DNA from: Iphione sp. A-MEVVRFRX5
Taxonomy: Eukaryota
Length of the DNA: 64,000 bases
Direction of reading: 5' to 3'
Assembly: GCA_976226885.1 (NCBI GenBank)
Contig: OZ320321.1
Span: 40,734,001-40,798,000 of the forward strand
A program made the translations under genes and the position numbers. Numbering within the stretch: the stretch's first letter is position 1; each line of letters begins with the position of its first letter. The notes under the pieces are model-generated. The model was not told where the DNA came from, did not search any database, and saw nothing but the letters and a program-made list of their open reading frames with translations. Positions 49,073 to 62,534 of the stretch are shown piece after piece.

Positions 49073-52000
49073 ATGGCCACGCTCATGGACTCGTATGAGC
49101 AACAATATTCTACTTTAACTGCTGAAATAACTACGAAGACTGGGAAAATCCCTAATCTTACAGGAAGTGAGTGAATGCACAATTTTTTATCATCATTCCG
49201 TTCAAGCATCCTATTCTATCAATGCAAAGCTGGTTTTTGTTCACATTTTCCTAGTCCAGCTGCTGAGATTGTTTTGATTGTCCGATGTGACATGTTGACG
49301 TCGAATGACTATGTGTCAATCGATCATCTGACTGCAAAAAAAAAAATGAAGCCTATTTCATGGTACGCAGAGCAGTCTTTTCATCTGTAAATTTAGTTTA
49401 ATATACTATGAGGAACATGACATGGGATAAACACATTTAAGGGGGGATCGGAACAGATAAATTTCATCAATTCGATAATTATGTACCAGTGTACCAGGCT
49501 CCAATGCATGCATACATGTACCGCTCAACTCTCATAACAAAACCTCTAAGAAAAGCTCCTTTCTAATGAAGTTGACCTCCGCCAATGACAGACATCTGTC
49601 TTATAAAAAAAAATAGGCATGAAATATAGTCATCTGTCAAAATCCACTGAACATAGGCTTAGTTTGTCATTGTTGATAATATGGTAATGACAAAACCCTT
49701 CGCTAGATACTTGTGATACGGTACCGGGTACACGTTTTTTCGGCGTTATCCACATTTCATCGGTAGAAGTTAACATGTAAGTGAAATAATGATGTGATAC
49801 TACTTACATATATTGACATGACGAAGTGGCACAGTAAGACAAATCTACCCCACTACGAGAGGTAAAGCTAAACTGATACATTTAGTACAGCACAATAAAA
49901 TGTACAAGGCACAATAAGACAATAAATACTTCACCTTGGCTCTGGACTGATAACATTTTTCATTAGCTGCAATAAATACTACAGGGGATGCCAAATATAA
50001 GCAAAGCTTTCTGCCAAAGGTCAGTGTTACCTTCGGGAGGGGGTGGAACTTTATTATGTCATTCAGCATCATCAGTGTTACAAATAGCTGGTGTTTTTTT
50101 TTTGGAGCTGGAATTGACCAATCGCACGTATCTTAGCAATGATAAGAAAAACGGCTAATACAGCGCCACACCTTTTACTGTTTGCAGGGATAGATCATTG
50201 TCTACTTAAGGTCACATGATCAAAACATATTCATTTTGATGCTAAGTACAGAATATTTCCATGATATACATGATAAGTCAATTGACCGATCACACATAAC
50301 TTAAAAACATTTGGTTTCCAGTATCATAATGGTGTGTTTAACTACTTCCTCTGACAGCTGAATCATTTGTACCTACAAATGGTTGAAAGTACGTCATCTC
50401 TACCTATCTATTCATTTGTTGTCATGTTTTATGCAGTTGTCATGTTGATATGCAGGATGCTTATAGTTGAATGCCACTGTACAACCAACCAACAACTCCA
50501 TTCTTTGCCAAAGTGGGTTCATTACTGGTATTGGTCACATTGTGATAACTGGCGAATTTGATGAGTAAACATCCTAAAAGTGGTGAATTCAATGAAAAAA
50601 TGCTCTAAAAGTGGCACATTGGATGAGTAAACATCCTTGAAGTGGCAAAGTGGATGAGTAGACATCCGAAGAGCAGTGAATTTATCTCCCTAAAAATTTA
50701 AGGAGTAAATATCCTATAAGAAGCAAAGTTGACGAGTTTTACTTAATCTAACATAGGTATACACATGTTCTTGCCCTGTGGTAACAGGGTTATTGTCATC
50801 ATGTGAAGTGGATATCTACATGGTCGAAGGAGATCTATAAGATGTGAGGTAACAGGGCGGTTGCAACAGTTTTATGGTACAGTACTGAAATAATGTGGAT
50901 ATTACCCTAAGACATGTGGTCGCACACCGGAATGGTTGCATTACAGTCTGGTCACATTGTGGTATTATGACACATAGGTTAACATAAGCCAAAATTTCAG
51001 TTCCGAGGTTATTTGGCGATACTAAAAGTTTGCTCACTTTATGATATGGTCACGTAGCATCAATCAAATGTACTGGATAACAAGTGTTTTGGGGATTGTG
51101 CTATATAATAACATAGTGAATTTATATAGGAAGGTAGGTTGTATGAAAACCTTTGAAAAATCAATCTAAGCGTCAGATTATTACACTAGGAGGGATGAAC
51201 CCATCAACATAAGAATTGCAGAAGATCCTGTTAAGGGCTTCTACTAACAACAATTATAGAGATATGCCAAATTTAATACAGTGGATATCTAATACGTCAA
51301 ATGTATGAGAGAATGCAGTGGTCCACTGCAACAACACTGAACTTTGAAACATATGCGACCACACTACCACCTGCTTTGTGTTGTGCAGATGGTCACGACA
51401 ATGCATCTGCCCACTTCATGGTAACGAAATTCTATGGATATGAACCTAAAATGTGTTGTCGCAGGGTAATATGGTTGTATTATGGTCTCGCACCATTTTG
51501 GTATTGTGATATACGGGTTAATATAAGGGAAAATTGGGCTCTGAGCTTATTTAGCAAGTATAAGGGCTTTTGTTACTTTACAGTCTGGTTACATAGTGGC
51601 ATTTAATAGTATCTTCCCTGCTTTAACACAGACATCTCTCCTTGATGCACATACAATTGGCAGACCACCGTATTTCAATTTTTTTTCATAGTAATACTCT
51701 TTCTCCCAAGTTGTTCAGTGAGAAATCGAAGCTGTAACTTTGATCTGAATATTGTATTTGTGATCAAGCGCTCTGCATTTTCATCACAAGGTTTCTATTC
51801 ACACAAGTTTTACTGGCAAAATTGATGTACATGTGGTCATTTTAGGTGAGAAACAACAAGCTATCAGTAATGTCGAGCGGCTTATTGAAGAGACGCGAGA
51901 ACTGGTGAGTAGTATATTGGAATATTTTAAAATTCATTTAGTTGTGATGTGCTGACTTGAAAATGTTGTGTAGAATTTTCATCAAGAAAAGTGAATTTCA

Positions 52001-55000
52001 ACTTTAAAGAAGGTGGGTTTTTAGCAATAGGGATTTATTTGTATATGGAAAGTAAGACACATTTGAGCAGATGGATTCGACTGTGAAAGTGTCATTCAAG
52101 AGGGGGCTTTGTAAACATCTTGAATAGGATGAGGGAAATGTTTTAGGCAAACCGGTCCAAGATCTAAGTAAGCTCTGTACCGGTTGTCATATAAATATTT
52201 TAAGAAAGGCGGAGACTGATCATCGACGTTTGCTTTAACCACTCAACGCGTAGTCACGCTTAAATTGACTTGTGGGATGACCTGTCTGTTATCACAACCA
52301 ACAGTGATGGCTGCTTGATTGTGCCATCAAAAATCCAGGTAGATTTCTCCCTGACTTTTGGCCTCTCAGGGAAGGCTTAAGTTGAACCGCCAAACTTCTG
52401 CATGGCACTGAACATCGCGATCAATCACCCAAACGGAGTTTATCTGTTACCAGACCGATGGAAGTTTGCAAAGTTGATGCCTTGACATTAGATAGTAACT
52501 GTCAACTGGATGCTCTTTTCAAAATGATTGCATGTTGCTATTTTTACGTCGTGTACTAAGTCGTAAGGTGCTTTACATGAGAGAAATTGCTATTTAAATT
52601 GGAGACTTAATGAATTTTCTGCTGTTGGGTTTACCAATCATGGGGGAGGGGAACGACATGTCAACTAGGGCCAAAGAACCAGGTCCCTATGTTTTTGATG
52701 TTTTGCAGGGAAAATGTTCTGAAACAGATTTTGGTTTATGTGTTGTAAATTTAACACCATAATAAGTAGAATCTTTATATAAATAAAGACCGCAACATAC
52801 ATTCAAAGAATTTGGCTGTATTGTGTTCTTCTTAAAAATTGATTACAAGCTTTCAACCCTCCTGGGTCTTCGTCACTGACATGCCCCAACCCAGGTTCCA
52901 GTAGGATTTCTCTACCATTGTCTGGACACACAATAGCTGCTGAGGTGAGAACCCATGGTAGCGGGCAGCATCCCTCAACCTTGAATAGGCCCCACGAAGG
53001 TTACAGGCTAGTCAAGACCTTTGGCCCAGCCTACACCACAGTAATACACATAGCCACTTTAGGCTGGATTCCCTTGTTCTGAGGAGGGTGAAGGGGGAGG
53101 GGTGTCCAACAGGGTTGAATGGGGGGGGGGGTTCCAGCAGGGAAGAGGGGAAGGGGGAGGCACAGTCACATACTCTTCTGGTCCTGCCAAGTCCTCAGTA
53201 GGTAGTTGCTCATCTAGCCTGCTCAGTGCTGTGATTTATCCCCCTCGTCTCACCGTCCGGAGGCCTGGAGTCATGGGGGAAGGGCGCTTCACCGATTAGG
53301 CAGTGCCAGGTTGCCCTATAAGGGTGACCCTTTTGTATGCTTTCCCTGCTCTTAATGGGTGCTGGCAGGCTTCTGTCCTGGATGAAATGTCTTTTAATGT
53401 GTGCCTGTCAGGGGGCACTGGCGGGCTTCTGTCCTGGTTGTGATGATGAGCTGGGAGCGTTAGTGCCACAGTGTGCTGCCAGTTCTGGGTGGTATTTTTG
53501 GTGCCAAGCATTGATGTTGTATTGGTGGGAGGATCTCAAACAAGTGGCCCTGATGAGGGTCCCACCCCATCTGTGTGTGAGGGGGGGGATCATGAGGAGC
53601 ATACAGCTGTTGCTTCGGGGAATCAGTTTCAGTGTTGTGCCAACTTTTGTGCTGTATCTTGGTTGTTGTTACCTTGCCTATTAGTCTCAGGCTTATAGGT
53701 TTGATGCAGGCTCTGACTCGTACAGTCAGACCTTGTTAACTGAACATGCCCTGTTTCACATTTTTATGTACGGATAACAAATTTTTCATTTAATGAGGCA
53801 GAAAAGCATTGAAAATGATATGTTGGCTCCTGAAATTTACTTCGGTTAATGCAGCATTTCGGATAACAAGGGTTCGGATAGCAAGGTTTGACTGTATTTA
53901 TAGTCCTTGAGTGAAGCAGTACTGCAGTAAATAGTTTCGAGTCTCTGATTGGTAGATCATGGGTATTTTGAAATGACAAATTAAAAGATTAAATATAATT
54001 ACTAGAAATAGTTAAATGACTAATCAATATGAATCAGAGTTGTAATGTCCAGATAAAGCCTGAGGAAGCCCTCGAAGGAGGATGAAACGTTGCTGCTCCT
54101 GTACATGTTTCAAATCAACAAAGTACCAAAACACCTTGTACTTCTGTTGGTTGGATGTCCTTTGTTCTTTGATTTTGTCCAGATTTAAGTATTTGAGTGA
54201 AAAACAGTCCTTTTATAACTGGAAAATATGAAGTCTGAAATATCCATCAAGGATCCAGTCTTTAGTAAGGGTCTGTCTCTTGTGTCAAGAGAAGTGTTCA
54301 TATGTATAGGCAAAATGGCAACGTAAAAGTCAAATAAGTCATACCCCTCTATTAACTAAACCTCTAAGAACGAAGCTCCTTTATAACAAAACTGGTATTC
54401 TGTACAGAATCTGAGGCACAAGACCACTTTCATAATATATATTTAAAAAGAATTAAATGAAAAGGAACGTACATATACAGACCTGTTCTTTTGCAAAGCC
54501 AAATGTTTTTTTAAAATAAATATCCAAGTCAAAGGACTTCTTTTATTGTTGCTTGGTGTGCCTGTGATGATAAAGTTCCTCACAAGATATGATTAAAAAT
54601 ATGTCATTTGTTACCCAGCTAATGATACATTAAAAGTGTTGTTAGGATAAGTCAGCTGATTTACTTTGATGAGATAAACCTTACTGGATCTAGACCTCTA
54701 AGCAACTGTTTTTGTCTCACTGTATGGCAGTTTAAACGGCATTGCCTTTCAATTATGAAAAGAAGGTGGTTAATATTTTCTAGAAACAACCATGTGGGGT
54801 TCAAAGTTGTATCATTTTATGTTTGAGAAGCACTTATTTTTTCAGTTTCGTTTCATCGCTAAGTGTTATTTGTTTTGATACGTATTATTATGTTGCCCAC
54901 ATACTTTCAGCTGGAGCAGATGGATCTGGAGGCCAGGGACTTTCCAGTGAAGGAGCGACAAAAATATAGCACCCGACTGGCCAGCTATAAAACAGAATTC

Positions 55001-55021
55001 ACGAAATTAGAACGTGATCTG
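49073..55021 (+). CDS. VTI1A: Vesicle transport through interaction with t-SNAREs 1A, first three coding exons (partial; continues beyond the window)
   Basis: join(49073..49166,51846..51904,54911..55021) gives MATLMDSYEQQYSTLTAEITTKTGKIPNLTGSEKQQAISNVERLIEETRELLEQMDLEARDFPVKERQKYSTRLASYKTEFTKLERDL, the Habc domain with close similarity to vertebrate VTI1A (LTAEIT, ELLEQMDLE, SYKxE..KLE). Confidence 0.95.
52849..54088. mobile_element. Repeat remnant flanked by two decayed hammerhead-ribozyme-like cores (possible PLE pseudo-LTR derivative)
   Basis: Plus strand 54060-54088: CTGAGGAAG-c-CCTC-gaag-GAGG-at-GAAAC. Minus strand 52877-52849: aGTGACGAAG-ACCC-agga-GGGT-t-GAAAGC. The intervening sequence is GC-rich with no recognisable domain. 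Confidence 0.35.
53723..53894. mobile_element. Tc1/mariner-type MITE with TA TSD
   Basis: TA|CAGTCAGACCTTG … CAAGGTTTGACTG|TA. Confidence 0.85.
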
Positions 55022-55877
55022 GCAAGTAATATTTTTGTTGTCTTTATTGTGTAGCATTCTGCATGACCTCCATTACGGTAGAGAACCTAATGGCTGACAT
55101 TGCGAGTTAATTTGCCACCGGAAAAAATTTAAATAACGAATTAATGGCTTACTCTTACTGTCTAGCACTTGCAGCTAGTCCTGCTGAGGACAAATTGCTG
55201 TTTGGCCCCAGGCTGTCCGAACAAGACGTGATGTTGGCTGTTTCTTGGTGGACCTGTAAATCCCAAAATCCTCCCTCTGGTGGGAAGTTTGGGAGGGGGG
55301 CTCTGCTGTATATAACCAGTTATCCCAGCATAACATCCGTACGTTTACCATATATTTGTTGATATATATATAGACAAGTCGCAGGGTTTGGATCTCACGT
55401 TCAGTTTAATCTACCTTCTACATAGATATAATATAAAAATGCATATAAACATATACACTTGCACATATAAACTCCTTCAAACACACATAAAGGAAACCAC
55501 TTTGGTTAGGCAGAGTTGTCTGGTGTGAGTATCACAGGATATATAAAGGACCTATCGATTCACACTAGGTGGTGAATGCAAAGATGACCTAGTTATAAGG
55601 ACCCTCAACATTAGTGTGGCAGTCTGCATCGAGACCTACCTAAAACACCCCAACTGCTGTATTTTTTTTCAATTCTGCACAGAAATCTCATGATTTTAGC
55701 AAATGATCTTTGATAATCTAGCTATACATATGCCAAACCTTTTTCTCCTTCCTTTTAAAGTTGATTAAAAGTGACATGAGAAAGCTCACCCGCTATCTTC
55801 AAGTCTGTCAGCTAAGTCATGTGGATGGTGTTTGTTGAGGTAGGCCCATCAGTGTACATGCCTGATCCAGCACTTCC

Positions 55878-57799
55878 TTTTTTTTTTTTTTTTTTTTGAA
55901 CGGGTGCCAGCCCAGTTTATTTCTGATTTGCAATATACACAAGTATGAATCCTGGCGCTTTTAAATTTTAACAAACAAAAAAAACTAAGAAATCTAAGAA
56001 ACAGGTGGCCTTAGCCTATGGAATCCAGCACATAATCCCATACTTTAGATTTACATTTACCATTAAGTTTGAACTTCCAAGCCATTTTTTCAGTGGTTAA
56101 TATGGAACGAAATTCTTTTAACCAAGAGTATAAATCAAAGTGACCTTCTGCATAGCAGCGTTGTCTATAAATGTAGTAACGAGTCCAAAGAAGTAAATAA
56201 GTTGTAAGGGGTTTTTAAATCCTCTTTGTATACCAAAAAGAAATTTGCGGATCGTTAAATCTTCTAGAGATTCATTAGTAATGCACTTCCACCATTTAAT
56301 AATTGTTGACCAAACATTTTGAGACCATGGGCAATCTAATAAACAATGAAAAATATCGTCTTCAGCGTTACAAAAGTTACATCTTGGAGAATCTATTATT
56401 TTCTTCTTGAACAACCAAGCATTACATGGAAGAGTGTTATGAATAATTTTGTACTGGAAAGATTGCCATCTCGTATTCATTGTACAACTAAAAGCGACTA
56501 AGTAGATTTTGGACCACAAAAAATCATCATAATTAATATTTGACATATAGTTTGACCAATAAACTTGGCCTGCTGGAACTGAGTATTGATTCTTAATTAA
56601 AAATTTATAAACTGTCTTAACAGTAGAGCTAAGAACTTTCAAAGACAATTCCTTACCAAATATACATAAGGCAGGTTCAGCAAAGTGAACAGCAGGGTCC
56701 TTACGAATAGTTTGAACATATTGCCAGGCAGGAAGGCATTGTAAAATATTATACTCTTGTGAGGAAAGAGAACACTTATATCTGTCTTCCAATATTACTT
56801 TGGCAATTAGTTGACCCTGTTCATAAAGATGACCAAGAACTGTAATGCCCACCTCCATGCATTTACGAGATAAAGCAGAACATCTAAGGCGATTATTATA
56901 CTTGTTAAACCAAAGTGGTTCACTTAAAACATCAGAAGTCGTAATCGCTTGAGGCAAATGGTACTTCTTCCAACAGGCACAGACCTCTTGGCCAAATGGC
57001 CATGTAATTCTAGCATAAGAATGAGACAATTTACTTTGGAAAAAGGCAAAAACATCTGAGGTAAATAGTAACGCTTGTACTAAGGCGTAATACACACATT
57101 TAAGATGGTCACACCAGAAGGTGACTTTCATAATACGATTGGCAGAATATCTGCCATATAAGAAAAGGAGTCAGACAAGGATGTCCAATCTCACCTTTAT
57201 TATTCATTTTGGTCGTTGAAGTATTATCCTTGTCCATTCAGCAATCTACCGTTATGAAGGGCATTAAAATCAATAATCAATATTACAAGTTAATTCAATA
57301 CACAGATGATGTGACATTACTACCTACGTCAAATGAGGAAATTGTGGAAATTTGGAATATTTTGGATACTTTTGCCTTGATTTCGGGACTGAAGGTTAAT
57401 CCGGGTAAATCACAAGCGCTACTGATCCAACAACCCAGATTTCCTAGGTTACAAAGTTTAGCTATTCAACAAGTGTCTGAAATGAAAGTACTTGGTGTAT
57501 GGTTCTTGCATAAATATGACTCTACCAAACATTATGCACTTAACTATGCTCCCAAGTTGACAAAGGTTAGGAATATTTGCAATCGTTGGAAACACCGTAA
57601 GCTTACCCTCAAAGGGTATATTACTATTGCCAACTCCCTCCTCCTATCACAATTACAATACATTATGTCTGTTACGGTAGTTCCACCACAAGTTTTTAAA
57701 GAGTTCAATTCTATAATATCTACCTTTATATGGAATGACTCACAACCTAAAGTTAGAAAAGACGTGCTCATCCAAGATACGTCGGTAGGAGGGTTAAAA
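55878..57799 (-). mobile_element. L1/Tx1-clade non-LTR retrotransposon, 5'-truncated with a 5' inversion, poly(A) tail and 11-12-bp TSD
   Basis: Minus segment 57157-55878: zf-RVT region WQSFQYKIIH…CNFCNAEDDIFHCLLDC, AATAAA 55921-55916, A20. Plus segment 57158-57799: RKGVRQGCPISPLLF…YTDD…GLKVNPGKS…GGLK. TSD CCAGCACTTCC at 55867-55877 and 57800-57810. Confidence 0.93.
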
Positions 57800-60700
57800 C
57801 CAGCACTTCCTCAGACGCTCATGCGACTTCAGTCAAGTATGCCATCTGGCGGGTCTTACGACAACTGCAACGCCCTCTTGTGGAAACTGCTAAAAATTAA
57901 AGCGCTGTAGTGAGAGCCATCCTATCCAAGAATGCGCCACCTATACCGAATTGAAAAAAAACTGCACGCGTGATAAAATTTTCTAGTCTTAAGTTGTTTT
58001 TTGCCGACGTAATTTACTCTGCGTAGATGCATTTGAAATTATCGATAATCTAGTCTCATCAGAAATATGAACATCTCAGCAGTACAGTTAGACCTCCTTA
58101 CTTGGAATATCTATAGTTGCAAGAATTCTGTCTAAAGGACTGAATAATCTTAAGTAAAGCCACAGTCGCTTCACATGTTAGAAATCCGGACGCCTTCTTA
58201 TCAAAAAATCTCACATAAGGGAAAGCCGAGAGAAGGAAAGTCTGTGTCAGACATTTCACTTTATGGACAGTTTGTTGGTCAATTCCTTTGCTATCCATGG
58301 TAGGGAGATTCTATTGTAATTATGAATTCAAGGTTATGAGCACTTGACGTATGGAGGTTGGACTGTAAATGTCATAACAGATTATGTTGTGACATACCAG
58401 AGATATAAAAAAAATCGCGAGTATCGCTTCTTTTAGAGTGCTCAGCTGGTGTAAGGGACATCCTTTTTGCTGAATGACACGTTCCATCAATAACTAGAGA
58501 AATAGAATCTGTATTTCTTTTATTTTACTGTCAGTAAAGAGCAGTGTAGTGTTATAGAGGTTCACAAGACGAACACTGTACGAAGTTCATATCCCCCTTC
58601 TAAGTTTCTACCTAGGGTCGGTACAGGAGTCCTATTATATAAAAGGTGTGCAATAAAATAGAATATGTTGTGGCCAGACTATATTTATCATAATTATAAT
58701 CGGCGCATTTTAAGTACAAAGTTTTTTTTCTGAGTAAAGTATAGAATATATAGTATGTACTTGGCTAGTCGAAGCCTGAAGATGATGTGTATGTATATGG
58801 TCGTTCAATGGCGCTTTAATATTGGATCATCTGTTTTTACATGTACAAGACTTTTATTACAAACCTGCAAATCCTGGCAAAGGTAAAATAACTTCTCTAA
58901 TGATTATTGAATGGCTTTTCCATTGAATCACTATAATATCCAAAAAGGAAAAATGACCCCGACTGGGAGACGATTACATCTCAAAGACATAATACACAAG
59001 AGAATAGAAGAAATGTCCCTATGTTAAACATGTCTAAAAGTCAATCGTATTAGGTTGACATCATGACTACATCTTAAACAGTGATGCCTGATGACGTACA
59101 GTTCGAAACCATGCAATGAGAGTCAATATATTTGATATCATGCTGGAAACATGCCAAGTATCAAGGGAGATAACTGTGTGTCAGGGACAAACAACATTTT
59201 GTCTGTTATCAAAAATCGTCGTGGTATGCTTCTTTCTCCTCCTCCCCCTGTCTGTATCTGTCTATCATTCTCTCTCGCTTTCCCGTCGTACACGAACACA
59301 CATGCATGTTAACGCATACGTGCGCGTGTAGGTACATGTATAAGTATTTACTCATTTTGAAAGGATTTTTTCTTTCTCGGGCAGCGCTTTAGAAAAGGGC
59401 TTTGACTCTGCTTTAGTACCTTCATCGTATCCCAGGTCCCACTTTAAGGACCAAATAAGGCCAGATCTTCACCATTGCCTTATCATAGAACCTCAGACAC
59501 TCACTGTCAGTCAAGTGCATGGCCGTCATCTCGTAGTACGATACAACCGTATTTGTAGCACCATGTGCGCAGCGCCATGTGTTTCCTTGCATGACAAACA
59601 GGTGCCCTAATGGACACTTTAAGCTAAATACACGTGTAGTCTTACCTCACAGATGCGTATTCTACAATCTTAGATTTTTCTGTATTTTTAGGACCACCGG
59701 CTGTTTCCAATGTCATTATTATATATTAGAAGTTACTGTCATTCTATAAAGGCTCACGTTTAACATTAGAAACTTATAACCAGATAACTTCTGTTTTTTA
59801 GGCTGGTTTCCTCGCCTATAATATAATATAATTGCGGTTTTCAATGGTCTGACAACTGTCCCGGTCGCACGTGATTAACTGCCTCGATAATAGAGACCAT
59901 TCTAACCTTCATAACGCGAGGTTTCAATACCATAACAGTTGTTGATATTCGCTTGATCACTTTGTGTGGTTTACCCATGTGTATTGGTATCTATTATCAG
60001 TCATTCAGCTTATAATTGAGGTATTATAGTCAAAGATAAGTAGTAGATTTTAGTCTGTGTTGGGGATGCAGTTAAAAATGCAGTTAAGTAGATAAGGTAT
60101 GAAAAGAATATTGATGCCTACCATGTCAAAAGGGAACTATTACCAGTAGGTAATGGCACCGGTTTTACGGAAGGTTCGACAACGGTACACGGGGTATTCT
60201 TAAGTTAAGATGAGCGTTCTAATGCACGGAGGAAGACAAAATGTTATGTATTATATGGCAGTTATAAAAGGGAATTTTACTCCATCGTTGCGTTTTTTTT
60301 ACACTGGAAGACATTATTTTGCTAATGACTTCTTATCTTTTACTCGTTCATGCAAAGTGTTCATTCTCCCAGCACCCACACAGTTCGTAGTTTGCCTGTG
60401 CGATATGTCCGTTTTGTTGCTCCTTTCCTTAACCATTCATATAACCAAACCATCCTCAATAGATCGTGTTCATGCGAGTGAAATCTGGATGGTTGGGGGG
60501 GGCTGCTCATGTTCTTTCCGTCAGGTACGGTAAGTAAGCTCGGCTAGTTTTAAGTATGGGGCGCCTGGGCTCCGTGCGTCGTCGGCTGCGTTCATTGCAC
60601 CACCTCCCTGGCCACGGGGCCCCCCTCTGCCGTCCGACGCCCTGGGCGACCCGTCGTCCCCTGAAATCATCGGCCTCTCGCAATGAGCATTAAAGCCATG

Positions 60701-60942
60701 CTCTTCCGCCTCTAACTACCGTCTGTTATAACTCCCCCTCAGTCTGGTGAGGTGACACGAGCCGGGCAGTAACTCCTCGATGGGAAAGTCTCTGCGACTT
60801 GCTACACAGCGTGCTGCGGGGATTAGAGTTAAGTCGTCCAGTTGACAGCCCGAGGGAATGCGGCTGGGAGGGGGGGGGGGGACACACGGCATAATGACAT
60901 GTGGGTTATCAATAAGGGAAAAAGTTTTCAAAAGATTTTTGT

Positions 60943-61156
60943 NNNNNNNNNNNNNNNNNNNNNNNNNNNNNNNNNNNNNNNNNNNNNNNNNNNNNNNNNN
61001 NNNNNNNNNNNNNNNNNNNNNNNNNNNNNNNNNNNNNNNNNNNNNNNNNNNNNNNNNNNNNNNNNNNNNNNNNNNNNNNNNNNNNNNNNNNNNNNNNNNN
61101 NNNNNNNNNNNNNNNNNNNNNNNNNNNNNNNNNNNNNNNNNNNNNNNNNNNNNNNN
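60943..61156. other. Assembly gap (N run)
   Basis: 214 consecutive N. Confidence 1.
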
Positions 61157-62534
61157 TATATCTCAGCATTTTGGTGGTGTCTGCCAAAGATACAGTACTA
61201 GGTGGCGATACTCATACCATCGGTGGTTTGCTTATCACTGTTCCCACTAGATGGCGTGTGCGATGCCAAATAACTACTAAAAGCATTGCCTGTGAATCTT
61301 TGTGTAATATCTCATTGGTTAGTTTTGAAGTTGTTTCGAGAAAAAAAAAACACGGTGAACTATTTACTTATAGGAAACAAATGCTGTCTCAATCACGGAA
61401 ACCACTTTCAAGGTGATCACATCAAACTCCTCATCACTTTTTTAACCATTCACCATTTTGTTAATTTTTATATCTATCACATGTTGGAGTGGTGTTGCTT
61501 TGATCAAAAGTAAAGAAAACGCAATATATGACCTGTAGCCTTTCCTGTCCTTAACCGGCGTGTGCCTTTTTAAGGTCAGCTGTACGCTTGCCCGAAGTAA
61601 ATCTCTGGTAGGTAAAAGCCTTGTTGTGCGAACGAGGAAATGTCGAATAACTCAGAATGTTTCTAGGCAGACTACACAGGAAGATAAGGGAAGGTGAAAG
61701 TGTTTCGGCTGGTGACAGCGTTTTGAAATTACATGTACATGTACCGCATGCTCTGTGGGAATAGCGGTTGTGCATTATGGAGAAAGAACAAGATATGTCT
61801 CTCTCCAGAACGTAATATAATCTGAAACTTTAGCTTTGGATTATAGTAAAGGATCCGTCTCCCCTGAGTAAATCCCCCATGGATAAACTCTCGCGCCATG
61901 CATCTCTGTCGACCTTAGAAACAAAGGTTCCTCCCTGCTGCGCGGTCGCACTGAAGAACAGCGAACTTTCTCAGGCGGCCTAATATACGTGAACGTTTAC
62001 TGCCTTTTCCTACTTAAAAGCCAATTTGTTTATTACGTTTCAAAGTACTGTTGGCCGGTGGTCAGGCGTAGGTAGATGCAACCTGTCAGGAATGTACTGT
62101 GAAATAAAAACCAGGGTCTTTGCCAACTCACTGCCGCTTCCCCCGTACCTCATTAAGAAATGCACATATTTATTACTTGTTTGTCCTCATTTATGCTAAA
62201 CTCAACCTAGCTCGCGTCATATTCCACGGTGTGGCTTGGGAACTCGGTTCCCAGTTACTGAAATTCCCTACTAAAGCGCCGTCTCCAACCAGGATTATCC
62301 TAGGAATTTGGCGCTCATCCAATCTTAATGATTGTAAAGTCATGTACAGTAGGTACTAACGGTGTGGGTAGCTCAGCTAAGAGTGCAACTCAGCACTAAG
62401 GGCAATTTTTCCAATTCAAATACCATATAACAAATTTTGAAAATCCTTAAGGGCAAAATTGGCTGGTCCCTTCAGTGATCTCAGAAGGTTTCTAATGTAC
62501 GTGTTCAAATAGAAACATCAGACTTGCGCGGGGT

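Noticed and set aside
59087-59110. Hammerhead-like CTGATGA…CGAAAC
   Set aside because: No pairing stems II/III could be drawn.
60842-61250. ORFs spanning the N run
   Set aside because: Artefacts of translating through the assembly gap.
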